Source: an uncultured Candidatus Saccharibacteria bacterium (GTDB lineage Bacteria > Patescibacteriota > UBA1384 > XYA2-FULL-43-10 > 1-14-0-10-43-13). Taken from it: a stretch of 32,000 bases of DNA. The stretch lies in the NCBI GenBank assembly GCA_964543385.1, contig CAZIYE010000002.1, positions 96,715 through 128,714 of the forward strand. Direction: 5' to 3'. Of this stretch, positions 1 to 9,111 are shown one piece after another. Both the position numbers and the translations under genes were made by a program. The notes beneath the pieces are model-generated. The model made no database searches. It was not told the DNA's origin and worked only from the letters and a program-made list of their open reading frames with translations. Numbering within the stretch: position 1 is the first letter of the stretch; every line of letters starts with the position of its first letter.

Positions 1-306
1 CATTGGAGAAACATGAGGAACAAGATATTGGACTAGTTCTGGGTATCTGGACTTAACCAATGATACGCAGGTAGGGCAGGGAGATGTTATATAATATTTT
101 TGATCCGGATGGCTTTTTACATATTCCACATAAGAATAATTTACCATTCTGGCGCCAAAGGTCAGTTCGCATACCTTGTCAAATCCCAGCTTTTTAAGAG
201 CTCCAATTATTTGAGGATACTCAAAATCAATCGGGAAACTTGGGGCAAGCATACAGATGGAGGGTTTCTTTAGCAGTTCCAATAGTTCTAATTGTCTGGG
301 ATTCAT
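1..306 (-). CDS. [FeFe]-hydrogenase large-subunit C-terminal-like domain protein (N-terminal part; runs off the window edge)
   Basis: Complement frame open over 102 codons, starting ATG at 306: MNPRQLELLELLKKPSICMLAPSFPIDFEYPQIIGALKKLGFDKVCELTFGARMVNYSYVEYVKSHPDQKYYITSPCPTCVSLVKSRYPELVQYLVPHVSPM. The SPCPTxVxLxxxxYPEL...SPM pattern resembles Fe-only hydrogenase C-terminal domains. Absent from the supplied ORF track. Confidence 0.7.
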   Translation of the reverse strand, partial: MNPRQLELLELLKKPSICMLAPSFPIDFEYPQIIGALKKLGFDKVCELTFGARMVNYSYVEYVKSHPDQKYYITSPCPTCVSLVKSRYPELVQYLVPHVSPM

Positions 307-407
307 TTTTGTTTTGTAATTTAATTATTATAATTAAATTTTACACAAATCATGTCAATAACAAAAGCCCCTTTTGGGGCTTTTGTTAGATAATCTATAT
401 AGTATCC

Positions 408-644
408 TTACTTCTCTGACTTTTTTCCTTCGTCTATCAGCTCTTTTACTCTCTGTCCACCCTTATGGCCGATTTCCTGATAGAAGTTTGGACCATATTT
501 ATCGCTTGTGGCCTGTCCACCTTTTTGTCCACCCTTATGGCCGATTTCCTGATAGAATTCTCTGCCATGAGTTTGACTGGTTTTGCTCCCGCCCTTGCGT
601 CCTGCCTCTTGGACTGTCATGCCACTATTTTTTTTCATTGCCAT
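408..644 (-). CDS. KGG-repeat stress-induced small protein (GsiB/LEA-like), paralog 1 with an extra module
   Basis: 78 aa; repeated (A/I)G(R/H)KGG modules: VQEAGRKGGSKTSQTHGREFYQEIGHKGGQKGG...FYQEIGHKGGQRVKELIDEGKKSEK. Confidence 0.85.
   Translation of the reverse strand: MAMKKNSGMTVQEAGRKGGSKTSQTHGREFYQEIGHKGGQKGGQATSDKYGPNFYQEIGHKGGQRVKELIDEGKKSEK
522..611. repeat. 90-bp perfect direct repeat, copy 1 (inside KGG paralog 1)
   Basis: tttttgtccacccttatggccgatttcctgatagaattctctgcc...cctgcctcttg is identical to 719-808 (offset 197). Confidence 0.85.
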
Positions 645-672
645 CTAAACATCCTTTCAAATTTTTATCCGT

Positions 673-837
673 CTATCTTCTCTCTGTGGATTTACCTCGA
701 TTGATAAGATCTCTAACTTTTTGTCCACCCTTATGGCCGATTTCCTGATAGAATTCTCTGCCATGAGTTTGACTGGTTTTGCTCCCGCCCTTGCGTCCTG
801 CCTCTTGCACGGACATTTGACCTTTTGGCTCTTTCAT
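673..837 (-). CDS. KGG-repeat stress-induced small protein, paralog 2 (54 aa; below the ORF-track threshold)
   Basis: Manual translation: MKEPKGQMSVQEAGRKGGSKTSQTHGREFYQEIGHKGGQKVRDLINRGKSTERR*. Same architecture as the flanking paralogs. Confidence 0.8.
   Translation of the reverse strand: MKEPKGQMSVQEAGRKGGSKTSQTHGREFYQEIGHKGGQKVRDLINRGKSTERR
719..808. repeat. 90-bp perfect direct repeat, copy 2 (inside KGG paralog 2)
   Basis: Identical to 522-611. Confidence 0.85.
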
Positions 838-900
838 TGTGTTCCTTTAAAATTATTATTGTGAAATTTGATAATCAAAATTTAACAAATCTGCAAAGTG

Positions 901-1131
901 CTATTTCTCGCTTTCCTTGCCTTCATTGATTAATTCGCGGACCCTTTGTCCTCCTTTGTGGCCGATCTGCTCATAAAACTCGGGGCCATGTTCACGGCTA
1001 GTGGTTTCTCCTCCTTTGCGTCCAATCTGTTGGTAAAAATTATGATCGTGTGTTTCTTTGGTGCGCTCTCCACCTTTCCGTCCTGCATCCTGCACGGACA
1101 TTTGGCCTTTTTGATTTTGCATCTCTTTCAC
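901..1131 (-). CDS. KGG-repeat stress-induced small protein, paralog 3
   Basis: 76 aa; MSVQDAGRKGGERTKETHDHNFYQQIGRKGGETTSREHGPEFYEQIGHKGGQRVRELINEGKESEK. SD-like aggag upstream on the minus strand. Confidence 0.85.
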   Translation of the reverse strand: MKEMQNQKGQMSVQDAGRKGGERTKETHDHNFYQQIGRKGGETTSREHGPEFYEQIGHKGGQRVRELINEGKESEK

Positions 1132-1325
1132 CTCCCTTCGAAATTTTATATTATGTTTTTACTATCAAAACTTACACTACCGGCTGCTCCTCAGCCTTTC
1201 AATGATAATCTTGCCAAAACAATAGAGGTTAAAGCATAAGGATTTTTGCTATATATCACAGTACCTTGCTTTGGGGATGAAAAATGTTAAAATATTAAAT
1301 ATAGGACTATAAAATAAGGATAAAA

Positions 1326-1946
1326 ATGAAAAGATTGTTTCTCGATATTGAAACCATTCCAGCAGATGGAGAGAAAATAGATACCCTGAAAAAACTCTGG
1401 GAGGAAATTAAAAAGAAAAACAATAACGGTATCAAAAAAGTTGAGTCTGATTTCGAAACTTTTTTCCGCAACACCTCATTTCAAGGGGAATTCGGTCGAA
1501 TATTGTGCATTGGATATGCCATTGATGATAACGATGTTGGGTGCTTAGTCGGTGACGAAAAAGAAATACTTCGGAAATTTTGGAAATTAGCTGGTGATAC
1601 GAATCTGTTTGTTGGACACAATCTAATGGAATTTGATTTAAGATTCATATATAAACGTTCGATTATTCACAATATTAGACCATCACGTGAGCTTAGCTTT
1701 GCTAGATATAGGTCGGAACCAATTTTTGACACAATGAAAGAATGGGAAAAGTGGGGCGCGCAAGGGGTTAGTCTTCATCGTCTAACTACAGCACTCGGTA
1801 TTACTTCTCCTAAAGAAGAGGGGATAGACGGATCAAAGGTTTATGACTATTTTCTTGCTGGTAAAACAGATGAAATCGCTGAATATTGCAAGAGAGATGT
1901 TGCCGCCACGAGAAGTGTCTATAAGAGAATGACTTTTCAGCAATAA
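1326..1946 (+). CDS. Predicted 3'-5' exonuclease, RNase H-like / PolB-exonuclease-related
   Basis: 206 aa; DEDD-type motifs: LFLDIETIP (Exo I), LFVGHNLMEFDLRFI (Exo II), YCKRDVAATRSVYKRM (Exo III, D). Confidence 0.8.
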   Translation: MKRLFLDIETIPADGEKIDTLKKLWEEIKKKNNNGIKKVESDFETFFRNTSFQGEFGRILCIGYAIDDNDVGCLVGDEKEILRKFWKLAGDTNLFVGHNLMEFDLRFIYKRSIIHNIRPSRELSFARYRSEPIFDTMKEWEKWGAQGVSLHRLTTALGITSPKEEGIDGSKVYDYFLAGKTDEIAEYCKRDVAATRSVYKRMTFQQ

Positions 1947-2013
1947 CTGAGGGAAATAAAGATCTCTGTACTTTCATCTTCTTCTTTATCTGGACCAGTG
2001 TTATAATTACATC

Positions 2014-2817
2014 ATGAAGAAGTTTTTTAGCTCGATTCTTATGGTTTTTGCCATCGTTAGCGCAATACTTTTTTTCGTACTCCTAAATATTTCCTTTTTC
2101 GTAAATGAGGGAAAAATAAAAAACATTTTAGAGAATGGAAACTTCTATGATAATATTGCTTTCTACATAAAAAATGAGATTGTTACAAAGTCTGATTTCA
2201 AGCTCAATGAAGGCAATAATTTTGAGGATCTAAATCAAAATGTTAATGCTGACAAGATTAAAATAACTATCAACAATGGTCTGCATGACATTTTTTCTTC
2301 CTTGGAAAATCCCAATAACTCGGAAAAGATTTTCCCTGTTAAATTTTCTAGCGAGAATACTGATGGTACAAAGTTCTATTTTGAGAAATATTTTAACATC
2401 CAGGATAATCCAGTTCTTGAATTGTTGTCAGAAAAAAATACAATATTATTGATCATTGGGGGATTGTCACTGCTGCTTCTACTATTCGGCATGCTATTTT
2501 TCTTGAAAAATCCAAAGGGTGGTCTAATGTACTTGGGTGTTTTTGCTCTCAGTACTACATTTGTGTTAGCAATTATAGCGATATTGTTGAAATTATTTGC
2601 TAGCGAGTATATGCAGACATTTGCTAATAATGTCCACCTTTTTAGAGATGCGAAGCTATTGTCGATATTAAAAAGGATTTTGTCCGTGATCGTTAGCAAT
2701 CAATTTTACTATTATCTGATTGAGATAATTAGTCTATTTGTTCTTGCTATAACTTTTTTCTCCCTTCGCAGAATGATAGTCAGAGAAGATCTGCAAGAGA
2801 TTGACAAGAAAATATAG
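2014..2817 (+). CDS. Hypothetical integral membrane protein
   Basis: 267 aa; N-terminal hydrophobic segment, polar middle region, then three hydrophobic stretches (LLIIGGLSLLLLLFGMLFFL, GVFALSTTFVLAIIAILL, YYLIEIISLFVLAITFFSL). Confidence 0.6.
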   Translation: MKKFFSSILMVFAIVSAILFFVLLNISFFVNEGKIKNILENGNFYDNIAFYIKNEIVTKSDFKLNEGNNFEDLNQNVNADKIKITINNGLHDIFSSLENPNNSEKIFPVKFSSENTDGTKFYFEKYFNIQDNPVLELLSEKNTILLIIGGLSLLLLLFGMLFFLKNPKGGLMYLGVFALSTTFVLAIIAILLKLFASEYMQTFANNVHLFRDAKLLSILKRILSVIVSNQFYYYLIEIISLFVLAITFFSLRRMIVREDLQEIDKKI

Positions 2818-2830
2818 TTTGTTGGTAAAA

Positions 2831-3298
2831 TTAACTAGTTCCTATTTTGGACAAAAGCCAGTTTCTTGAATCTTCTAGAATTTGTCTAGTTTCCTTGTAG
2901 GTGATCTTTTCAAGTGCATTCTCATATGTTAGCCATTTGGCATCAGTAATTTCTTTCCCATCAATTTTGATCTCAAGGTTCTCGCAAAAACAAGGGAAAA
3001 ATTTGACAGTTTTATCTACCATTGTGCCGTGGTCATTCCAGCTATATTTTTCTATGAAATAAGTATCGGTAATTATCTTGAGAGGTCTTATCCCGGTCTC
3101 TTCGTAAAGTTCTCTTTCTGCTGTTTCAATTTCTGTTTCGCCAACCTCGGGATGTCCCTTTGGAAAGCTCCAAAATTGTCCATATTGTTCTATCAACAAA
3201 AAATAGATAGTACTTGGATCTTTATATTTTTGAAATATTGGCACAACGCCGTAAGAGAAATCCTTCATATTAGTGGAGGACCTCGCCTTCGCCGTCAT
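2831..3298 (-). CDS. NUDIX hydrolase (probable start at MKDFSYG, position about 3268)
   Basis: Full Nudix box GHPEVGETEIETAERELYEETGI. The longer start overlaps the kinase gene; the internal ATG (3268) sits just after the kinase stop. Confidence 0.85.
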   Translation of the reverse strand: MTAKARSSTNMKDFSYGVVPIFQKYKDPSTIYFLLIEQYGQFWSFPKGHPEVGETEIETAERELYEETGIRPLKIITDTYFIEKYSWNDHGTMVDKTVKFFPCFCENLEIKIDGKEITDAKWLTYENALEKITYKETRQILEDSRNWLLSKIGTS

Positions 3299-4919
3299 GG
3301 GCGTCGTAAGGCTTTTTACTTAGAATTGGCATCGAGAAAAAGAAGGTTGTGCCTTTGTCAGCGCCATCGGAGTGAAACCAAATTTTACCTTTTTGCAATT
3401 CAACAAATTTCTTAGATATATACATGCCAAGTCCGGTGCCCTTGACTTCGTCTTTAAGCACATCTACCTGAGTGAATTTCTCAAAGACTGCCTGCTGGCG
3501 ATCTTTTGGTATTCCCTTGCCATTATCCTCAACCGATATAACGATTTTTTGATCATCGTTCATAACTCTGACGACTATTTTGCCGCCATCGGGAGTGTAT
3601 TTTATCGAGTTTCCGATGACATTAATAAGTACTTCAGTAATACGAGTAACGTCAAACCAAGTAGGTGGCATTTTGTGCTTAGGCTCTTCGAAAGTCAGTG
3701 TATGTTTGGCTTCTCGTGCCTTCGACATCACTTCAGTGATTGCTTGACTTATAACATCCTCGACAGGCTTTTGTTCCCAGATGATATGGATTCGTCCAGA
3801 CTCAATCCTGGAGACATTTAGGAGGTCTTTTACCATATTTGCAAGCCTTGTAGCGGATTGAAATACGCTATCGAGGTAAGTGCGAGCTTTATCAGGGATC
3901 TTGCCACCAAGACCCTCGATCAAAATCATAGAAAGGTAACCCTTGATCGCAGCGATAGGGGTATTGAGTTCATGCGATGCCATGGACAAAAAGTCATCTT
4001 TCAATTTATCCACTTCCTTTAGATGATCATTGGCAGTCTCAAGATCTTTGGCAAGTTTTTGAATTTGTTCTCGACGTTTTATTTCCTGCTTGACAGACTT
4101 AATAAGTAAATATCCACCAATGGAAACCAAACAAAAGATTGTTGCATTGATCAAAAATTGGTTAAACGTTTTCGATAATATAGTTTGAGTTCCTATGGCA
4201 ATAATTACGATTATAGCACTGGCTTCTGTTAAAATTACTTTTATATCAAAAAGTCCCTTTGCTACCATTGCATAGGTTGTGAATCCAACAAATGGTAGAA
4301 CGAAATATGTGCCGAGGTATACAAAATTATCGAGCTTAAATACCAAAACGAGTATGAGATTAAAGAATATCATTAAAAAGAACATTGATGAAACTCCAGT
4401 AAAGATAAATTTTATTTGTTCTCTTATAAAACCTTCGGCCTTTAGAAATTTTTTTATTAATAAATAAAATCCTGTTCCTATAGAACCAACTGCAGTAACT
4501 AGAAACAGTAACATGCCAGGGCCAACTTTTGGGCTTCTAGTATTGTTCACGGCATCGATTTCAACTCCAGGGAAGAATATAGGGGACATCACAACCGCAA
4601 TAGTTGCAACAACTACGATGGAATAAATAAAATAAAATTTACGTTTAAATGGCAGTTTTCCCTCTGGGAAAGCTTGAGCAAATAGAAAGAAAAAAACGGA
4701 CTGAAGTACAGCGAAAACCATTACTAATCGCATGAGAATTAAAATAGTATTATAATCTTGGGCAAGCACAGAAAAATAATTTGAAACAGACCATAAAACT
4801 AGTGAAAGGGTCAAGTAAAAAAATAAAGTTCTTAGGGTTTTGTTTTTGGACTTTGTTAATGCAATTATGCCCAGGACTAGATTTAGGGCTGCACCCAGAA
4901 TAAGTATCAGCGCGTTCAT
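3270..4919 (-). CDS. Membrane sensor histidine kinase (7TM-type N-terminal region + HisKA + HATPase)
   Basis: 549 aa; multiple N-terminal TM segments, H-box FLSMASHELNTPIAAIKGYL, N-box NVIGNSIKYTPDGG, G1/G2 VEDNGKGIP and GTGLGMYISK. Confidence 0.9.
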   Translation of the reverse strand: MNALILILGAALNLVLGIIALTKSKNKTLRTLFFYLTLSLVLWSVSNYFSVLAQDYNTILILMRLVMVFAVLQSVFFFLFAQAFPEGKLPFKRKFYFIYSIVVVATIAVVMSPIFFPGVEIDAVNNTRSPKVGPGMLLFLVTAVGSIGTGFYLLIKKFLKAEGFIREQIKFIFTGVSSMFFLMIFFNLILVLVFKLDNFVYLGTYFVLPFVGFTTYAMVAKGLFDIKVILTEASAIIVIIAIGTQTILSKTFNQFLINATIFCLVSIGGYLLIKSVKQEIKRREQIQKLAKDLETANDHLKEVDKLKDDFLSMASHELNTPIAAIKGYLSMILIEGLGGKIPDKARTYLDSVFQSATRLANMVKDLLNVSRIESGRIHIIWEQKPVEDVISQAITEVMSKAREAKHTLTFEEPKHKMPPTWFDVTRITEVLINVIGNSIKYTPDGGKIVVRVMNDDQKIVISVEDNGKGIPKDRQQAVFEKFTQVDVLKDEVKGTGLGMYISKKFVELQKGKIWFHSDGADKGTTFFFSMPILSKKPYDAHDGEGEVLH

Positions 4920-4946
4920 TTCCCTCCTATGATTAGCAATCAGATA

Positions 4947-6065
4947 TTATTTTAATTTACTCAAAAATTCTTTGGTATGATCAGCTCTTTTCTTTACGGA
5001 ATCGTCTGAATAATAGTTTGGTATTAAAGCGCCATCTATAGAAACATGTAATCTTCCGTCCATAATAGGATTGTTCATGGCTATATTTCTAATAATATAT
5101 GAGCCTACTGATCCTGCTAACATTGATGCTGTAGATAGCTGGGGCCATGTCTTTATTGTTTTGCCCACCTCGAGTAATGAGTCTTGCATACGGCTGACGG
5201 CGTTTTGGGGTTGAACAATTTTTAGAGATAGAGTTACGCGGTCCTGCGGCGATAGTTTGCCATGACTATTTTTGATAAGTTTGATGTCTTCTTCTGATAT
5301 TAAGCCGTGGAAAGGTTTCAAGCTAGATTTCAAGTCATATCTTTCTATGTCAACCATAACATTATCACCATTATCGGTAATCATTATTAAAGGTATTTTT
5401 TTATCTTTAGCTATTAGGCGCATATGAAGCTTCAGATGCAGGCTGTCTATCTCGTCAAAAACTATATCAGAATCTTTTACAAATTCATCAATATTGTCTT
5501 CACTTATACCATCAGAGAAAATTTGAACATTTATATACGGATTTATCTCATAAATTCTTCTTGCTAGAGCGATGGTTTTCTTTATATTAACGGATAGTAG
5601 CTCTGTTACAATTCGATTCATATTCGATGTGGAAATTGAATCACCATCAGCAATCTTAATGTTTTTGCATCCGCCTTGCATAACAGTAGCTAATACAATA
5701 TTACTGCCAACGCTTAGGCCGGCAACTGCAAGATTTGTATTCCGATATTTATCTTGTTCGGCGTGGTTTATTAAATATTTGTTGCGCGATGTTAGAAGAG
5801 TATAAAAGTCATTCTCTTCTAATGCCCTTATGACTGTTTTTCTCCATGGATAGACCACCAATGTCCCCAAGGTCTCTTGTTTAAACTCTGACAATGTCAA
5901 TTGTAGGTCAGCTTCTTTGCCTATACATGTCAGTTCAACCAATTCTTCAGCTTGGCACTCAAATATGTCGCTATAAACATATCCTTCGGAATTGAGTTTC
6001 AGCAAAATACTATCAAGCTCTTCTTTTGAGAAAAAATTAATTATATCTGGTTTAAATTGATCCAT
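4947..6065 (-). CDS. ThiF/MoeB/HesA (E1-like) family adenylyltransferase, Rv1355c-like subgroup
   Basis: 372 aa; NLAVAGLSVGSNIVLATVMQGGCKNIKIADGDSISTSNMNRI (nucleotide-binding motif), DIVFDEIDSLHLKLHMRLIA. Subgroup assignment is from memory of family motifs. Confidence 0.75.
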   Translation of the reverse strand: MDQFKPDIINFFSKEELDSILLKLNSEGYVYSDIFECQAEELVELTCIGKEADLQLTLSEFKQETLGTLVVYPWRKTVIRALEENDFYTLLTSRNKYLINHAEQDKYRNTNLAVAGLSVGSNIVLATVMQGGCKNIKIADGDSISTSNMNRIVTELLSVNIKKTIALARRIYEINPYINVQIFSDGISEDNIDEFVKDSDIVFDEIDSLHLKLHMRLIAKDKKIPLIMITDNGDNVMVDIERYDLKSSLKPFHGLISEEDIKLIKNSHGKLSPQDRVTLSLKIVQPQNAVSRMQDSLLEVGKTIKTWPQLSTASMLAGSVGSYIIRNIAMNNPIMDGRLHVSIDGALIPNYYSDDSVKKRADHTKEFLSKLK

Positions 6066-7624
6066 TGCTGTTTACTCCCTCTATCGTTACTAATTGATCC
6101 ATAAGGCATGAATACAACTCTAGGCTTAGCCTTTTCTTGGCCAATTTTTTCAACAAGAGTTTTGTATTCATAGTTGTTCTTTAGAAGATTCGAATAAATC
6201 TTTTCTCCAACATTTTTTTTTAATTCATCATTTGGTTCGATATTCTTATTCAATTCAACGGCTATTTCAATATATTGATTTCTTAAATCATCATACTTCG
6301 TGGTCATCGACATTCTAGTTGTCAATTTATCTATAATAGCTTGATCTTCAAGCCCTTTTCTAACTGTCTGCGGATAGATATTCAAGCCGTAGAGAGTAAT
6401 CGTTTGGTCTGATTTCCCGTAGAGGACAATGAAAGGTAATTTCCATATGGGAAGATTTAGTTTCTTGGCCTCTTCTAAAATATCTATACCTTCATTTTTA
6501 AATAAATTAATCATTTCATGGAAGCTATAGATAGTTCCATAATCGTGGAGGTTATAATCTAAAAGTGGCATTCCACCGACAGTAGAGCAAATTAATTCAT
6601 TGTCTACGCATTCAAAGTGTTTTAAATGTGGATGATATTGAACAAAAGTAGAAACCGTTCTGCCATTGAAGAGTTTTTCAAGCAGCTTATCATTTTTGGC
6701 ACATAGTCTTTTTATCATGATGCTAATAGGGGTCTCATGTCCAAGAATTGCTGCGTCAGCTGATCCATATGTATTCACGCTAGAATTGTAGTAGTCTTTA
6801 ATCTTTGCTTTCTTGTACAAATATTCGCGCCAATCTTCACTTATTGCCTCTGCGCCAAAGATGAATTTAAGGTTATACGAACCCCAGTCAAATCCCCTGG
6901 AAATACCTTCTTCAATTGTATCCTTTACAAAAGGAGGATATCCGCAGATCACTATTTGCTCATAGTTGTTTCCTATTTCGCTAATAATTCTTAAAATGCT
7001 GTCCATGGAAATACCTGGAGTTATGACGGAAAGATCATACCCTCTCTGTGCTATTCTTAGGCAGGAATTTAGCGTAAATACACCGGCAACATACATACCC
7101 ATTGAATAGGCATCGACTATTAATGTTCTTTTCTTGTCTATGTGAAAAAAATCCTTCAAGATCATCTCATAAATAATCGTTGTTTCTAGCTCCAAGTAAT
7201 TGCCTCTAGGCCAAAAATACGGTTTTCCGCTTGAACCAGAACTGACAGAAACCATCTTAATGGAGTCCATATAATTGCCGGGAAGTAGTTCTGAAATAGG
7301 ATATTCGTGCAGGTAATTTTTTTTGTCTATAAAACGGTTCGATTTGTTTGCTGAAAATTGCTTATAGGCGGGGACACTATTTTTTATTTCGGCCTCAAGC
7401 TCTGAGTATATTTCTTTCGAATATTTCTCGATCTCTTTAGGGTCAGTATTTTTTAGATAATTTAAAGAAAAATCAACGTCATAAATTTTAAGAGCCTCAA
7501 AAAAAGGATTGCTTGAATTGTTAATCTGTCCAATTGCTTGGTCTTTAAAATATGGTTTTAATGTTGTATAGTTATTAAAGATACTTTTCATGATTCTAAT
7601 ATAGCATATTAAATTATGAGCCAC
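6041..7624 (-). CDS. PaaK-like (phenylacetate-CoA-ligase-like) adenylate-forming enzyme; probable start MKSIFNNY at about 7591
   Basis: 527 aa; P-loop-like KMVSVSSGSSGKPYFWP (cf. SSGTTGKP of ANL enzymes), LPFIVLYGKSDQTITLYGLNIYPQTVRKGLE (C-terminal PaaK-like hinge/domain). 3' end overlaps the ThiF-like gene by 25 nt. Confidence 0.65.
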   Translation of the reverse strand: MAHNLICYIRIMKSIFNNYTTLKPYFKDQAIGQINNSSNPFFEALKIYDVDFSLNYLKNTDPKEIEKYSKEIYSELEAEIKNSVPAYKQFSANKSNRFIDKKNYLHEYPISELLPGNYMDSIKMVSVSSGSSGKPYFWPRGNYLELETTIIYEMILKDFFHIDKKRTLIVDAYSMGMYVAGVFTLNSCLRIAQRGYDLSVITPGISMDSILRIISEIGNNYEQIVICGYPPFVKDTIEEGISRGFDWGSYNLKFIFGAEAISEDWREYLYKKAKIKDYYNSSVNTYGSADAAILGHETPISIMIKRLCAKNDKLLEKLFNGRTVSTFVQYHPHLKHFECVDNELICSTVGGMPLLDYNLHDYGTIYSFHEMINLFKNEGIDILEEAKKLNLPIWKLPFIVLYGKSDQTITLYGLNIYPQTVRKGLEDQAIIDKLTTRMSMTTKYDDLRNQYIEIAVELNKNIEPNDELKKNVGEKIYSNLLKNNYEYKTLVEKIGQEKAKPRVVFMPYGSISNDRGSKQQWINLNQI

Positions 7625-8740
7625 AATAATAAAGAGGCAGCGCTTGTCCTGGGGGGACTAGGCTTAATAGGTGGGTCACTAGCCCAAGAACTTACAAAGA
7701 ATTTTGACGTGTTTGTTGTGGACAGAAGAGAGCCTAAGGAAAAAAATGGAAGTGTGAAATATTATGTATCCGATGCGCTAAGTGTCTCAAGCCTTGAGAA
7801 GTTAATAATTGAACATGAGCCAAGACTAATCGTTAATTCAATAAATATAGCCACTATTTTTTCAGATAACCCTGAGGCAAACTATAAAAAGCTTGTTAAG
7901 TTTTACTATAGTTTGTATCAGATATTTAGTAAGATCTCACATCCGATACATTTCATTCAGATGGGGACAACTGGTTCTGGTGGACTAGGCTTTGATATTC
8001 CTTTTACTCATGGGGACAGAATAGAAGATCTCCCGATCATAAACAAGGCTGCTTTTGCCGGTGTTTCGACGGCAATGCTGACCCTTATGTCCAGGTCTTT
8101 TGGCCATAGAGTAAAAGTGTCGGAAATTAAACCAGGCTTGTCAATTTTTCGAAAAGATATTGTTAAAGAAAAATTTGATGGCAGTAACCTTATCCTTATA
8201 GATGGTGGTGAAAGTGGTTTTTATACATACAATGAACTAGCGCTCCTCACATGTTATATGGGTTTTACAACAGTAGACACGATCATTGATAAAGTTATGA
8301 AAATTATTGGTGGCGATAAAAGCTTCCATAATCACTGTGTTTATGACACGATAGGCAGTCTCAATGGTGCTATTATTACGCAAAATCACCTAGACCATTG
8401 GCGTTTGGTTAAATATCTTAATATTATGAAAAGACTGTCTGGCAAAGACTATATAATAGCTACGGGCAAACTTGGCCCTCCAAGCATCACAAGAGACTTA
8501 ATTCTTACATACCTAAAAAAGGAAAATCCTGATGTCGACGAGGAATCTTTTGCTAAGAAAATCAAGGGTGATGCAAATATAGTCAATACAATAAAATTCA
8601 TCAAGAAGAATGATAAAACTCTTTATGAATATCTATTAACTGAATTGAATTACGAAAACTATCTCAAAGCTATATATACTAAAGATGAGCCGTGGGAAAA
8701 CGTTAAAGCTATGTTGGCTAGACAGAAACTGATAGTATAG
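7616..8740 (+). CDS. NAD(P)-dependent epimerase/dehydrogenase (extended-SDR-like) protein
   Basis: 374 aa; Rossmann start AALVLGGLGLIGGSLAQELTKNFDVFVVDRRE, then SDALSVSSLEKLI...PRLIVNSI. Confidence 0.65.
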   Translation: MSHNNKEAALVLGGLGLIGGSLAQELTKNFDVFVVDRREPKEKNGSVKYYVSDALSVSSLEKLIIEHEPRLIVNSINIATIFSDNPEANYKKLVKFYYSLYQIFSKISHPIHFIQMGTTGSGGLGFDIPFTHGDRIEDLPIINKAAFAGVSTAMLTLMSRSFGHRVKVSEIKPGLSIFRKDIVKEKFDGSNLILIDGGESGFYTYNELALLTCYMGFTTVDTIIDKVMKIIGGDKSFHNHCVYDTIGSLNGAIITQNHLDHWRLVKYLNIMKRLSGKDYIIATGKLGPPSITRDLILTYLKKENPDVDEESFAKKIKGDANIVNTIKFIKKNDKTLYEYLLTELNYENYLKAIYTKDEPWENVKAMLARQKLIV

Positions 8741-8888
8741 ACTAATCCACAGTTTTTCTTTTGACAATCTATGTGATCGCAGCTAAACTATATCAGTTCG
8801 CCATACTCTTATAGTTTATAGCGGACCTAGCTAATCATGGTCGTGCATTTATCTTGCTAGAAAGTGATGTGGCAACATCACAATAATC

Positions 8889-8917
8889 AATCAATCCTCA
8901 AGGACTGATTTTTATTT
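8889..8917 (+). terminator. Rho-independent-like terminator after the SDR-like gene
   Basis: aatcaatcc-tcaa-ggactgatt followed by tttatttt; 9-bp stem with one G-T wobble. Confidence 0.6.
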
Positions 8918-9111
8918 TGGGCAGATTCCGGCTGCTCTTGCCAATCCAACCGTCTGGTTGTGTATTCCGGCAGAACATCACTGACTATTTTATTGCACGT
9001 ATTAGTCAACTAGATGTTAGCACTTTTCTATCCCTCCTGATCCACCCTGTTTGTAAAAAATGTGCAGATGGATCAGGATAGCGGTTTGTTCACTGTATAA
9101 CCGCTGATAAC

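Noticed and set aside
374-748. + strand ORFs 374..748, 465..704 and 946..1239
   Set aside because: They lie antisense to the KGG-repeat genes. The translations are Cys/Phe/His-rich with no motif, whereas the minus frames encode a clear conserved family.
408-1131. CRISPR-like or mobile repeat interpretation of the 522-611/719-808 repeat
   Set aside because: Only two exact copies, fully inside protein-coding KGG modules; better explained by tandem gene duplication.
3029-5805. + strand ORFs 3029..3415, 3372..3821, 4279..4467 and 5572..5805
   Set aside because: Antisense to well-supported NUDIX, histidine kinase and ThiF-like genes; no recognisable motifs.
4947-8740. Classical ThiF-containing anti-phage (CBASS/Bil-type) or microcin C cluster
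   Set aside because: No cyclase, E2-like, JAB peptidase or ubiquitin-like gene next to it for CBASS/Bil, and no MccA-like heptapeptide or exporter for microcin C; only the E1-like fold is shared.
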